Positions 1 to 14,475 of a stretch of 64,000 bases of DNA are shown here, piece after piece. Each line of letters opens with the position of its first letter. The stretch's first letter is position 1. The notes beneath the pieces were generated by a model. That model did no database searches, had not been told where the DNA came from, and saw only the letters and a list, made by a program, of their open reading frames with translations. A program made the translations under genes and the position numbers. This DNA comes from the human T2T-CHM13v2.0 reference genome, Homo sapiens. The stretch lies in NCBI RefSeq assembly GCF_009914755.1, contig NC_060927.1; one strand, written 5' to 3'.

Positions 1-1209
1 GTAGGTTTTGCTGATGTACTCTAAAGAATTCGTAGAATTCATCTGCAAAGAGTTTTGCAAATGCAGTTTGACAGGGTCTCAGAACCATGGCCTTTGTAAT
101 TTATCTCTGTCCCTAGCACACTGCTCTGTAAACAGCAAGCAGGCATTTGAAATGTGCCATCCTTAGCTTAGGATGTGCGAGTAAAATTCAGTATTCTTGA
201 TTTGAGATAAATTAAAGGACATTTAACTTCTAACTCTTCTTCCTGAAGAGTTAGCAAATTCTGGAAGGACACAGGAATCCAGTCTAGCACAAAGGTCTAA
301 TAAAAAAATCCTCGTTAAATGCCTTTCAATAATCATTTTAAATGATCACAAAAAGTGCTTAAGATGATATGGTCAAAACAAACATTATTTCTTTAAAACT
401 GTATTGTTTCTCTTTGAGATTTTTTGAGAATTGCTCCTTCCCCTCATCTTTGGCCCAAGTGGCCCAAGTGTATCTACCCTTTATGGGAAAATTGTGAGTC
501 TGCTTGGGTGAGGCAAAGACACACATTCCTCTCTTGAAAGAACAGACTTGCATTCCTATGAGTAAAATAAATTAGGCCCAGTTTCTCTGTCCATTAATTA
601 TGTGGAATAAACAACCTTCTCCTGTTCAGAGAGAAGCACAGGAGACCAGCACAAATTTCCTCCACAGGCTCAGGGGAAAGATCACTTGATCATTCAGGAG
701 AACTCCTGTGGTCTGGGAGGACTCAGAGAATTGGAACAGGCCCGGCTCTGCTGCCAGATGTTTCTAAGAAATCCAGTAATGAAGACAATCCCATGATATG
801 ATCCACAGAGGATTGCTGCTTTGCGGGGAGAGGAGGCTAGAATTGCAGAAGAGCAACAGAGTGAGAAGGAATTTGCATCCAGCTCTGACCCTGGGGAATA
901 TCCCAATCTTCAACCCTGAAGCAGCATATGGAGTCTAGGAAGCGTATGGGGCCAGGTACTTACATTACTTTAGAGTCTTTGAATATGCCAGGAACTTCAG
1001 GGGCTCAGGGGAGAGGATGTGGGGGCAGTAGGAATAAAGTAATCCATGGCCTCTGATGGTCTATAGCTAAATTGAATCTGCTGGGATTTGCAAGAGAATA
1101 GAATATTATCATCAAGAATCTAAAAGACAAGAGGAAAAATACGGCAAATGACAGAAAGAGTTGAAAATGTGTTTGTGGTTTTTGCCTTTACACACTTGGG
1201 ACTGATACT

Positions 1210-1665
1210 GCTATTCATTATTTCATTATCCCCATCTCCTAAGACATCCTCAATTTTATTATAGGCTGTAGCAATACACCCAGTTAAAACATCCGCTTCC
1301 CAGATGCCTTTGCACAGTAGAGTGGTCACATGATCCACTTCTGGCCAATGAGAGGTAAGCAAAATTCGCTAAGACAGGATTTATTGTAGAAAACCCACAG
1401 GGCTTTGGCCTTTGCTCTTTGCCCTTAACTTCTCTTCCTGATTGGATTGTGGCCAGAATAGCCGCCATCTTTGGAGCATGAGAAGGGACACTGAATGCTA
1501 GTCTGGCAAGCCAAAATATGAAAGCAATCTAGATCCTTGATGGGTCCCAGCAAACACTGCACACCTCTGAACTGGTATCTCTACTTTTTATTACATGATA
1601 CATATCTTGTTTAAGCTACTGTTGCTTGGTCTTTGTTGCATGTAGTTAAGCATAACCCTCTGATA
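1210..1665 (+). mobile_element. MLT1-family MaLR solo LTR (old, diverged)
   Basis: MLT1-type motifs 'ggtcacatgatccacttctggccaatgagaggtaagca', 'gccgccatcttt', and 3' end 'ttgtttaagctactg...ctgata'; left boundary approximate. Confidence 0.7.
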
Positions 1666-2579
1666 GCAATCTGAATTCAGATTTAGCAATAATTTAACAA
1701 TAATTACCTATACTGTGCCAGGCACTGTGCTAGATTTGGGAATGCAAAGATGAAGATATAACCCCCTACCCTCAAAAAGTTTACAATCAACTGAATGCAA
1801 GAAGATAAGCAACCCATTACAGTGCGGTTTTTGTTTAAAGTGTTATGGAAACAAAATAATTATGAATATTAACAAGGAAGAAAATACACTGGGGTAAATT
1901 CTATGGAATTTATCTCAGTACATCCTCACACCTTACGACACGCGCATATGTGGCAAATCCCATTAACCCACTGAATATTCACAATTCATATTACTGATAT
2001 AATCTGCCAAATCCTAGAGCCGCAGTTATTTTATTCTCCTGTAAGTACCACTTTACGCTTGTTTATTTTCGCTGGTGGGGTCAGAGAACCTCCATGTTTC
2101 CTAAGTAAATTTCTCAAACCCTTGTCAATTCCTTATACACAGAGAAACCCCAAGAAATCCGTGGAAAAATAAACTCAATCTCCAAGAGTAGTAGTAACAA
2201 GGGACAGTCTGGTCTGAAGCACACCCTGAGTTGAATGCCAGAGTGCAGTAGCAGCATTTTAACCCAACAGTAGCACCTACTTCAACAACTCTTGTCTTTG
2301 CCTGTCTCCCTTGTTTTCTGTTACTCTCTCCCTCTGTGTCTGTCCTGCTTGCCCTGTTTATCTTCTGCCTCATCATCCGTCTCTAGTATCCTCGATGGTA
2401 TCTAATGCTCCCATTTTCTCACACTCCGTCTCTTTCTCCCTTATTCAACCATGAATTGGGAATTTAAAATTTGTTAAAGCTTATTTGCTGCACGAATTCG
2501 TTGACATCTTTATTCAAGATTTTAGTTTTTGAGGTTGATGATTAGATTGATACTTCTCAAAGACAAAAATAAGTTGCCT

Positions 2580-3815
<1,236 letters not shown>

Positions 3816-4957
3816 AGGATTTTTACCTTGCAGAGATGTTTCTTTTATATTTAGTCAAATTTATTCATCTTTTCATTCTGATTTCTAGGTTTTGTTTTAT
3901 ACTTAGAAAGACCTTCTGATAGGAGAGATGTTCTTTGATATCTTCTAATTATACATTATCTTGAATGTCAATCAACATTTGTTTTTCTTATATGATTGCA
4001 AGTTAGCAAATGATCAGGTATCAATGCTGATGTTGTGGGGAGAGGGAGGTGTGTGGCAGTAAGAATCTGGATTCAAATCCTTTTCCTTCCCAGTTGTGTC
4101 ACCATGCAAGAGCACTTGGCCTTATTCTGCTATACACCCCAGCTATTTGTCTGCAGTAGGCAAATGAACATGCCCAAAGTGCCACAGGTCAGGTGTATGT
4201 GAAACGAGAATGCTAAAATGCTTTAATGACATGTGTGCATGAATATTTTAATTTTTTCACCTCTGCATAGCATAGCATTGTGTCTTCTGCTAGACAGCTA
4301 GGTGCTGCCTGTCTCCATCATGTCATTGTTATTGTTTGCCCTCATAGGTACTAATTATGACATGGGAGATATAGCAAAATTCATTATAGCTTTTAAAAAA
4401 ATCTCCCAGTGTAGTGCAGTGAGAAAGGGGAGGGAGAGTCACTCAGTCAACATGTATACTCCTTGACTGAGCAGTGTTTGAGTGGGCACCAAGCTTAGAC
4501 ATGTGTGTAGGGAGGCAATTATAACTAGTTACAGCCATCCTGCCTCTTCTGTCCTCCTCTCTTCCCCAGCCTTAGCCCCCCAGCCTCATGGGGCCCAGAG
4601 TCCTCCTTCAGATGAGGCCAGTGTCCCAGGCAACTACCTGACGTGGGAAAAGCTGCCGTCCTAGAGATCAGAAAGAACCCACCAGTCAGGAACAGCAATT
4701 CTGATGATGTCAGCTTCTAAGTTTTCAGAAGCGACAGCCTCTGGTGTTCTTACAGCATCAGAAGAGCAGAAAAGCTGGCCACTTATGAACCCACACATTG
4801 TTACAGAGCATCTCGGCTTTCTGCCAAGGAGCACCACTCAGGCTTTAAAGATTTGTCCTTTGATTTTACTTTTTAGGGCATCTTGAGACAATGTTCTGCC
4901 TACACAAAATTCTAAACTGAGAGGAGTGGCTCAGAAGCTCTACTAACATGGAATCAC

Positions 4958-5132
4958 ATGTGGTAAGCCACTCTAAGGATATTATCCTCAATCATTAGAT
5001 CTCTCTGGGCTTAGGTTCTAGGCAGGTGGATGGTGGAGATATGGGAATATGTGGTAGGTCACTCTAAGGATATTATCCTCAATCATTAGATCTCTCAGGG
5101 CTTAGGCTCTACGCAGGTGGATGGTGGAGATA
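4958..5132. repeat. Tandem duplication, 91-bp period, 2 copies
   Basis: 'ctctaaggatattatcctcaatcattagatctctc...gcaggtggatggtggagata' starts at 4971 and again at 5062, with about 5 substitutions. Confidence 0.95.
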
Positions 5133-5488
5133 CGAGAGGTCCGGAAGAATAGACTGAGGGGTAGCCACAGAGATCAGAATAAATTTGAGTGCCAGGAGGA
5201 CAGATCACGTCAAGTCATGGACTGTATCACGGACATAGAATCTTGATGTAGAGTTAGAAATGGGGGCTGAAGGATAGAGGAAGGTTTTGGAAGTTGGGAG
5301 ACTCAGGAAAGCTGAGCAGGAGGCTGTGTCTGAATGGGTAACTTATATCTAGGGGAAATTGTACAGATAGATCCCTCTGATGTCCTCTGAGTTAAGATTC
5401 AGATGGTTTGAAGACAGTTTCTACCTGAAACCATGGTGGCAACTTGAGGCTTGAGCGCAAGAAGAGACCAAGGGCCATACGAGAAATG

Positions 5489-5544
5489 GCTTATTTGCTC
5501 CCACTTCATCTGGCCACCTTTCTTTAGCAGGACATCCCTACTCT
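5489..5544 (+). repeat. 56-bp spaced direct duplication, copy 1 (partner 8488-8543)
   Basis: gcttatttgctcccacttcatctggccacctttctttagcaggacatccctactct matches 8488-8543 with 2 mismatches. Confidence 0.95.
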
Positions 5545-5598
5545 AAGTTTTAGACTGAAAGGTAAAGTTAATCAGCCAGCAGGAAAGGAAAGAATGGC

Positions 5599-6190
5599 CA
5601 TTCATTCGTTTAACCACTGTTCACTGAACCTTATGTGCCAGATACTGTTAAGGTGCCAGGGGTATAGCAGTGAACAAGACAAAGTCCTTGCTCTCAGAGT
5701 ATCCATATTCTAGTGTGAGAGACAGATGATAAACAAGATGTATTACATTTATAATAAGATGATAAACAAGATATATATGTGTGTAACAGTGGCAATCATT
5801 GCTAATCAAGCCAGGGAAGAGGCTAGCTAGATAATTAAATGATGGAGGGAGGATGCTATTTTAGATAGGGTGGTCTAAGAATGACTTGGTGGTAATGATG
5901 TGACATTTGAGCAGAACTGGAATGAAGTGAGGGAGTGAGTTGTGCAAACATTGAGGGGAAGCGCTTCCAAGGCTAAGATAACAATAATGCCAGAGGCAGG
6001 AGTGTGCTGGGTGTGTGAGGTGCCACAGGGAGACCCCTGTGGCTGGAAATAGTGAGTGAGGGTGGCATCATAGGAGATAAGGTCACAGAGGTTGGGGCAA
6101 GCAGATGCACGATGTAGGTCACATAGGGTCTTGCAGAACGTAGTAAGGATTTAGGAATTTATTCTGAGATGAGAGGCCACTGGAAGATCA
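5599..6190 (-). mobile_element. L2 LINE 3' fragment
   Basis: Starts with antisense L2 tail 'cattcattc', then 'tgtgccagatactgttaagg...gcagtgaacaagacaaagtcc' and 'gtgacatttgagcag'. Confidence 0.8.
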
Positions 6191-6980
6191 CACGCTCATC
6201 AGATTATTAGAGGGCCTGGAAGCCACTCTAATGCCTTGTGTGATTTTCCAGTGCTGGACTGACCTCCTAACCTGTGAACAGACTGTGCCCCCCACGCTCC
6301 CAATTACAGGGAAAACAGTTGTGCCCTTTCAACCACCAACTGTGCAGTTCTGGGCAAAAGACATAAACAAACGCTGCAAATCTCAGGCCACTTGAGCAAA
6401 GCCTTCCTCATCTCTATGCTGGTGGCTACAACTGTGACCTTGTAGGTAGGGGCTGTGTTCGCCCCTACTTGAGTTGTACCATATGAACCAGTAAGTGGCT
6501 GCTGATAGAACATTCAGGAAACTGCTTCTATTTCCTCATCTCTGAATTCTTCCTCTCAACATCTCATAGACCAGGCCTCTGCTTAACAGAACCTAAAAGG
6601 AGACCTGCTATGACCATTTTCTTCCACCTGGGACAAACTAACGGCAGATCTTCCCAAGTTTCTTCCTCACATAGGAAGTGAGACATCCCCCCCAACTCTC
6701 CATACGGTTAAAGAACAAGATTTGTCTAAAGCATTCATAGGTTCAGTCTGGAAAACTTCTCATAAGATTCAAATGCACTAGCAGACATGCCCACAGGAGG
6801 AACCCAGACCCCAGAAGCTGATTTATTTCACAGAAATCACCTTGAAGCCTTAAAAAATACAGGCAGTTCTGTTGTTTGTATGTTTTGTTTTTATCATAAA
6901 TTTCTTAAACACACACACACCAAAGTCATAGTGTTGTTAAAGACTATTTAATAACCAGAAAGTTGTTCAAATGAAATAGC

Positions 6981-7650
6981 CTAGGCGAGGCTGTGCAGAA
7001 ACAAGAATGCTTTTACATTGTTGGTGGAAGTGTAAATTACTTCAACCACTGTGGAAGACAGTTTGGTGATTCCTCGAGGTTCTAGAACCAGAAATACCAT
7101 TTGACCCAGCAATCCCATTACTGGGTATATACCCAAAGGATTATAAATCATTCTACTATAAAGACACAAGCACACGTATGTTTACTGCAGCACTATTTAC
7201 AATAGCAAAGACTTGGAGCCAACCCAAATGCCCATCAATGATAGACTGGATAAAGAAAATGTGCCATATATACACCATGGAATACTATGCAGCCATAAAA
7301 AAGAATGAGATCATGTCCTTTGCAGGGATATGGATGAAGCAGAAGCCATCATTCTCAGCAAACTAACACAGGGACAGAAAACCAAACACCACATGTTCTC
7401 ACTCATAAGTGGGAGTTGAACAATGAGAACACATGGACACAAGGAGGGGAACATCACACAACTGGGCCTGTAGAGGGGTGGGGGGCAAGGGGAGGAAGAG
7501 CATTAGGACAAATACCTAATGCATGCGGAGCTTAAAACCTAGATGATGGGTTGTTAGGTGCAGCAAACCACCAAGGCACATGTATACCTATGTAACAAAC
7601 ATGCACGTTCTGCACATGTATCCCAGAACTTAAAGTAAAAAAAAAAAAAA
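6981..7650 (+). mobile_element. 5'-truncated primate L1 (L1PA-type): ORF2 C-terminus, 3'UTR and poly-A
   Basis: ORF 7178-7366 (MFTAALFTIAKTWSQPKCPSMIDWIKKM...) is the L1 ORF2p C-terminus; G-rich 3'UTR; 'cccagaacttaaagt' followed by poly-A. Confidence 0.95.
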
Positions 7651-8487
7651 CAGCATGTTCATATGATCATGTGTGTGTGCGTGCTTGTGCGTGTGTTCTA
7701 AGCATAGGCAAATATGCATAGACTCATGAAAGTGATAAGAATATGAGTGATTTTAATTTCATCTTTTTAATATATATTTTCAAATTTAAAACATTTTTAA
7801 AAATTCTTACATTCCAAACAACTGGATATAATGTCAGAAACTTACAGTCTCAACCTCAGTCTTCCCATCAGCCACTCTACAGGGAAGGGCCAGTATGTGA
7901 TTCCAACAAATCCCCTTTGAATTAGAGCACATGTATGTAGTAAACATTCATACATTGATCTCCTGAACCACTGACCGACGCCCCGCTTTTTTCAGGCACC
8001 TGCACATGGCTTAGAATCATTTACACACAGAAACACAGGATTGGAAAAGATTTCAGAAATGATCTTACCCAACTGCCAGCTTAATGCACAGCTCTCCACT
8101 GCATCCCTGACTGGGGCTCTTCTGTCCTCTGCTTCATCACTTCCCAGGCTGGAGACAACAGGGCAGTGAGACCCGTTACTGGTGGAGAATGGCCCCCATC
8201 TTGCAGAGAGGAAATATCTTACTCCCACCCACAGATCCTAGCCCCAGATCTATGGCATTTAAGATAAGCTTTAAGAACTCATCTCACAGGAAATAAAAGA
8301 AGAATTGGAGGGTTTTTTTTGTTTTTTGTTTTTTGGGTTTTTTTGGTCTTTTTTTGTTATTTTGTTTTGAAGACCTCTTTCAGTTTATTCTAGTTTCCTT
8401 TCCATGCTGTTTGGCCCACTCAGAGACTTGCCTTATTCTCTTTCTTTGTGTCTGAAGTTTCTTTCTCCCCTAGGCAAAGCACCATAA

Positions 8488-8543
8488 GCTAATTTGCTCC
8501 CACTTCATCTGGCCACCTTTCTTTAGCAGGTCATCCCTACTCT
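8488..8543 (+). repeat. 56-bp spaced direct duplication, copy 2 (partner 5489-5544)
   Basis: gctaatttgctcccacttcatctggccacctttctttagcaggtcatccctactct. Confidence 0.95.
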
Positions 8544-8789
8544 GATTTCCTACCCTATAGATAGCTGACTTTCTTTGTCTTTTCCCCTACTATTTCCATC
8601 GCTTTTTTTCCTTTCTTATTTAGAACTTCTTATTCTCATTCCCCTTCAGGGTCATATTAAAACAGTTGGAGACATTACAATATTATAACGACTCTCTGAA
8701 TATGAATACAAATAAAAGCAGTATTTAATTATAAATCAAGTTTAGGATAGACCACATTTTTTCAGATATTCACAATAATGATTATTTCA

Positions 8790-9320
8790 ATCCTTTTTAA
8801 AAAATGTTTTTATTGTGGTAAAATACACAGAGAGTGAAATTTACCATTTTAAGCTGTAAAATTCAGGGGCATTGAGTACATTCACAATGTGACAAAACCA
8901 TCACTATCTAGTTCCAGAACTTTTTCATTGCTCCAAAGGGAAACCCCGTGCACATTAAGCAATCACTCCCCATTCCTCCCTCCCCCGACCCACTGGCAAC
9001 AACTGAGCTGTGTACTGTCACTATGGGGATTTGCCATTTCTGAGTACTTCATATGAATAGAATCATACAATATGTGGCATTTTGTGTTTGGCCTCTTTCA
9101 CTTAGAATAATGCTCTCAAGATTCATCTCTATCATTGCCTGTATTAGTACTTCATTCCTTTTTATGGCCAAATAATATTCTACTATATGTGTATGCCACA
9201 TTTTGTTTATCCATTTATCAGTTGATGGTCATCTGAGTTTTTTTCATCTTTTGGCTATTACGAATAGTGCTACCATAAACATTTGTGTACAAGTTTTTGC
9301 TTGAACATTAATGTTATTTG
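8790..9320 (-). mobile_element. L1MB-like 3' end
   Basis: 'ttttattgtggtaaaatacac...ttccagaactttttcatt...gaatcatacaatatgtggc...atcagttgatgg'. Confidence 0.85.
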
Positions 9321-10704
9321 TTGAGGTGTCAACTTTTCCTCCAAAACCAAAGCTTGCTTATTTGTTTCTTGCTGGGAGCCTGGGTAGGTAGTGCCACTGC
9401 TTTGCTATTGTCCTAGGCAATGTTTAGCCCGTCCACTGGTAACCTCAGTCTGTTTCCCTGTTTCTTTCACTCTCTGCTTGCCTGCACAAATTTGCATGCA
9501 TATATGGGTTCTCCCCTACTTAAACAATTTGGAATTCATATTGGCAAGTGGATTTCCCCCCTCTTATAGAGGAGATTAAAAAAAATAAGTACAGTGAATG
9601 TGTCCAATTCAGAAAGGCCTTGGGCCTCAGTTCTCAGCTTCCCCTAAGAAGGCCTCTTTCCAGCTCGATTCCAGGAAGGCTGGCTCCAGGAGCTCAAGCC
9701 AGCAGAGGCCCTGCCTCGGGCCTCAGCTCATAAAGCCAAGGTGTGTCTGAGTCCCTTAACTCTGTCAGGCTTAGAACTTGAGCCTTCACTCACTGGCTGC
9801 TGTCAGAGTTCAGCGTTCCCTGCCAAGCCATCGGAAAGCTGGAGGCCAGAGAGAAAAGGCGAGAGGCATCAGATTTCTGCCTGCAGATGGGAATGGGACT
9901 GACACTCCCCACATAGGATTTCTCTGTGAGCAACCACAGGCATTATCAGCGTTCAGGATCACATCACAAAACACAGCCTGATCATCTTGCCTTCTCTTTT
10001 TCCTCCTCTCAGAGATACAGATGCATTGCTCCTTTTCCCTTTGCCTCCCGGCCTTTTCCTTTGTTTGCCCCTCTCCCCTTTCCTCCACAGCCCCGGCTTT
10101 CCCAGGTCTGTTTCTCTGTTGCTTTTTCCCCAAAGGCTCTCCTGTTTTCTCCTGTCCCTCTGATTCCTCCCCCTCCTTTCATCCTGCAAATCTTTCTCTG
10201 TCGACTCCCTGTCTCCTTGCCATTCTCGGTGTGCCTTTCGGATCTGTTTCCTTTGACACTGGTCCCAGGCCTGCTGCCAAGTTTCAGACCCATTAGTGAG
10301 GTGCCTTGCTGACTGAAACACAAATCAAGACTGATCCGGGTACAATTAGCAGCAGCTCACACCTCATCTGGAAAACATTAGCCAGCACTGAGAGTGTAGG
10401 GAGGGAGGCACAGGGAAATATTGATGCCAAACAGAATAGATCTCCTACTTTTGGAGCGTGAAAGGATCCTGACCCAGTAGACATATAACTGAAAATAAGA
10501 TACAAATGGATAATGCAAAGTTGAGAGGCATGTTAACTTACCTCGGCCACTCTTCAGCATCTACGCAAGCAACACAGGCTCCTTAACACACAATTCAGGT
10601 GTATAAATATCATTCAGGAAAAGGGGTATCTGATTCATTTAATCCGGATATTCTAACACTTGTGTGATCCAGGAGTCCTCTGCTGTCTTGCAAAATTCTA
10701 TCTT

Positions 10705-10845
10705 GGTACTGTTTCTAAAAATTTAATGTACAAAAGAATCACCTGGCATTGAGCTAAAAATGCAGATTCTGATTGACTAGGACTGGAGAGGTGCCTGAGA
10801 TTCTGCCTTTATATCAAGCTGATTGGTGAAGCACACTTTAAGGGT
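10705..10845. mobile_element. MER5-like hAT-Charlie fragment
   Basis: 'agaatcacctgg...aaaaatgcagattctgatt...ctgagattctgc'. Confidence 0.6.
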
Positions 10846-10879
10846 CTAGGAAAATTTAAGACATTTAACTTTGGTCAAG

Positions 10880-11100
10880 TACCCTGATCTTCTTCTTTGG
10901 AGCACTCACAATTATAAGGAAGGTTGAATGATATAATTAGCTGTTTGATGCCTATCTTCCCAACTCAGAGGCAAGCTGCCCAAAGGCAAGGACCAGGCCT
11001 GTCTGGCTCTCCTTTGTATCCTCAGTACTAGCCCAGTATGTTGCATATAGTAGGTGTTCAGTAAATATTTCACAAGTGAATTTTCACAAGTGAATGAACC
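10880..11100 (+). mobile_element. L2 3' end
   Basis: 'ggcaaggaccaggcctgtct...tgtatcctcagtactagcccagta...tagtaggtgttcagtaaatattt...gtgaatgaa'. Confidence 0.7.
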
Positions 11101-14077
11101 AGCTCAATCCCTAAGGCCCATCAAAAGTTACTCCTATTTCAGAGAGCCTTCCCAGTCCAGCCTCCCTTATCCATACCTGCCTGGTGGCATTTCATCATTT
11201 CCCCTGTGTCTTATCTTAGCCCCTCAAGCAGATCATTAGTTGCTTGAAACTGGGACTTTGTCTTCTGTGTTTCTGAACTTTTTTTAATGTCCTTTTTTCT
11301 CCCTTCCTCTCACTCCCCATCATAGTAAGGGCTTGCTCTAGCAGGCATTTAATGTTAGTTGATTGATTGAGAGACCCTAGAATGATGCCAAGTTCTATTT
11401 AGACTTCAATTATAATGCTCAAGGGGTGGCTGGATTTTGGCTTGGATAAAAGCCAAGATTTTATATGCCCCAGTGGAAAACCTTTAATACCACCTAACAC
11501 ATTGTGGGGTGGGAAGGCTAAGACATTATGTGTGTACAAAATCAAGCGATGTAATACCGTGAGGCTCCCAAGGCAGTTATAAATCAGGCCACTCCAGAGG
11601 GGTAACTGCGGGCTGTGGCCATTACTTCACTCCTGTTTTCTCAACTGAGAACGACGGCTCACGTTTGCCAAGCTTTACTTGCAGGGGTGGGGGCTGTTGT
11701 TCCCCAGGATTGGGCAGACCGTTTCTCTTGGAAAGACAGAAAACTGGCTCACAGAGTTCTGCCAAAGATAGGAGAACCTGGTCTTGTTTAGAACTCATCA
11801 AATGCCCTATTTTTCAAACATCAGGGCTGTGTGAAATGCAAAGTGCTTTCGTCAAGCACTACCCCCATACCCCATAATATTAAAACATGCATATTTTAAG
11901 GGACATTTAATCCATATGCTTTTTATTTACTTACCCTTAAATCATCAAAAATAATTATTATGAAAACCTGTTTGACATCTGAGAAACTTTATGAGCATAA
12001 TTTGGAAATTTAAAAATCTTGCTTTCAGGAAAAAAACAGAAAGTTGTGCTTTTCCAAAAACACACGGCTTTTAAAACAAAGAGACGTGAGGGCCTTTCCA
12101 GCATTCTAATTTCACAGGGCTTGAGGGGTTCAGCACCAGCACAGCACAAGCTCATATCCCTCATCTCTCCAGTGAATCGCAGATGGAAGTCTCAGGCATG
12201 GCAGGTTCAGGCTTCTGCACTTGATTTGATTCTGTGACCCTTTAATACCTGACAGTGACAAAACTTCATCTGTCTGCAGGCTCCCAAGCATATTTTACAA
12301 ATACCCCAGATGCATGTTCAATGTGTATTTCTGCAAAGTGTGTGACTGTGGCCTGATTATCTTCTTAAGCAGATAAGACATAAATTCCAGGGTGTTAGAG
12401 ACAACTTTTGAAGTTCAAAAGAAGTACCTGGCAATGAAAATCTACCACAATGCAGCTCAAGTATTTCATTCTGTGAAATAGACTTGCAATGATCTGATTG
12501 ATCTCAGGGTGAGGCACGAGGCAGGAAATGTGGGATGTCCCATACTGTCTGTTAAGGCCCAGTCTGAAATTGTCCCTGAAAACTGAGAGCCACCACTTTG
12601 GTCTCTGAGTTGATTCACGCGTAGGTGAAATTGTGTAATGGGTGGAGTGGGTGAGTTTCAAAGCAATCCTGATATGCACACATACACACATACATAATGT
12701 TTGTATAGAACTATCCTATATGAACACAATGAGTCCAGAGCAAGTGAGCAATAGAGAAGGTAAGAGATTCTGATGGAAGAAGAATTGCAGTGTGCCTAAG
12801 CTCAATGCGTGATTGTTGAATGGGAAGTGACTGCACGTTGCTGAGATAAGTAACAGGAAGTCTGGATCCATGACTTCCTAGTCCCAGACAATAGGCTCAC
12901 CTCTTCCAAGGTATGGATATGAGGTTTGAGGTAAGAGGAGAACAAGAGGCAGCTGCAGGGCAGGGAGCAGTGGCTTAAGCAAGTGGTAGGAAGTGGCAGT
13001 GCAAGGAGGCCCACGTTCCCCAGGCCTCCCCACTGTCCTCCCTCCTCTGCTGCCTTGGAGCTCAGCCTGAAACGAGCAGAGCTCTGCCTGGACAGTGAGT
13101 CCCCAGTCATGATACTCAGCATCCGAGTTAACCATTCAGTAGAACTTCACTGAGGGCCTGTCAAGCGTGACACAGCCATTGTCTCAGAGCCACAGTGGTG
13201 GAGAACATTTCAGTCCCCAGCCTCACAGTTCGCAGTCTGGCAAAGAACGACCAGCTTCCCTCCTGTCTGCCCTAGATTCAAGAGAGTGCCAAAGGAAACA
13301 ACAGGACAGAAGGAGACATGAGGAAGAGATGGGACAGACAGCACTCAACCCTGAGCAGACGTGAGGGGCAAAAGAAAAGGCAACATTAAGGACCCATTCA
13401 AGTTTCAAGTCTCAGCGTCCCAGAGGATGGTGAGGATACAGCAAAAATGGAGAGTGCAAAAGGAGAAAGGCAGTTGAATGTGAAGATAACGGGGTCTTCG
13501 GAGCCTACCTACTAAGTCTGGTGGGATAACCCTGTTAAATGGGAAGAGGGAGGCCTTTCTTGGTACATTTTAGGAGGAAAAAAATGGCTGCCTGGAAAGT
13601 TCATATACCAGCAGCAAAAAGAAGAGCAGAATGGGATGAGAGATTATGAAAGCCCTTCACGAGGAGGTTAAGTTCTGGCGGGTGTGCCCATCAGAGACCA
13701 GCAGAGACAACTGGCTCTCCGGCCTGAGTTCGCCTACATCAGAACTAGCACATCTCTCTGTCTAATTTCTAATCACTGTAAATATGTTCAAAATGAAAGA
13801 AAAAAGTAATCTCACACCCCAATAAACTGGATCAGATGTGTGTGCTTCAGTGGGTAGTGGTAAATCTACATATGGAAAACTGTATTCAGAAACGCCTGAC
13901 TATAGCACTTAAATTCTATGGCACACATGGAATGAATTGAGAAGATAGCCAAACTTACAAATATTCCACCCACACTGTGTAATATGGCATCCTGATGCGT
14001 TCGGGAAAGTGAAGAACAATGTGGTGGGACACCCCCTCCACGGCTAAACGTGGACACCTTGAGCATGGACCAGATTC

Positions 14078-14413
14078 TCCCTTTTTTTTTTTTTTTTTTT
14101 TTTTGAGATAGAATCTTGCTCTGTCACCTCGGCTAGAGTGCAGTGATGCGATCATGAATCACTGCAGCCTCAAACTCCTGGGCTAAAGTGATGCTCCCAT
14201 CTGAGCCTCCCAAGTACCTGGGACTACAGGCCTGTGCCACCATAATTGACTATTTTGTTTTGTGTTTTTTGTTTTTTGTTTTTTTAAATTTTATTTTAGA
14301 GATGGGGACCTCATGATGTTATCCAGGCTGGTCTTGAATTTTTGGGCTCAAGCAATCCTCCTACCTCAGCCTTCGGAGTTGCTAGGATTACAGGTGTGAG
14401 CCATTATGTCCAG
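14078..14413 (-). mobile_element. Alu (AluJ-like) with 12-bp TSD
   Basis: Two-arm antisense Alu; TSD tggaccagattc at 14066-14077 and 14414-14425. Confidence 0.95.
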
Positions 14414-14475
14414 TGGACCAGATTCCTTATGAGATTTTCATATCACTAAGCATTTGGACAATCTCATCATTTTCT

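Noticed and set aside
4958-8543. CRISPR-like or regularly spaced repeat array suggested by the local duplications
   Set aside because: Only pairs of copies with unrelated units, no repeat-spacer periodicity, and the context is primate nuclear DNA.
9810-10323. Stack of 90-130 aa ORFs on both strands
   Set aside because: By-product of a purine/pyrimidine-biased low-complexity tract.
13380-13830. Possible processed pseudogene or terminal exon ending near AATAAA at 13821
   Set aside because: No recognisable protein similarity, no poly-A tail or TSD; a single AATAAA is not enough.
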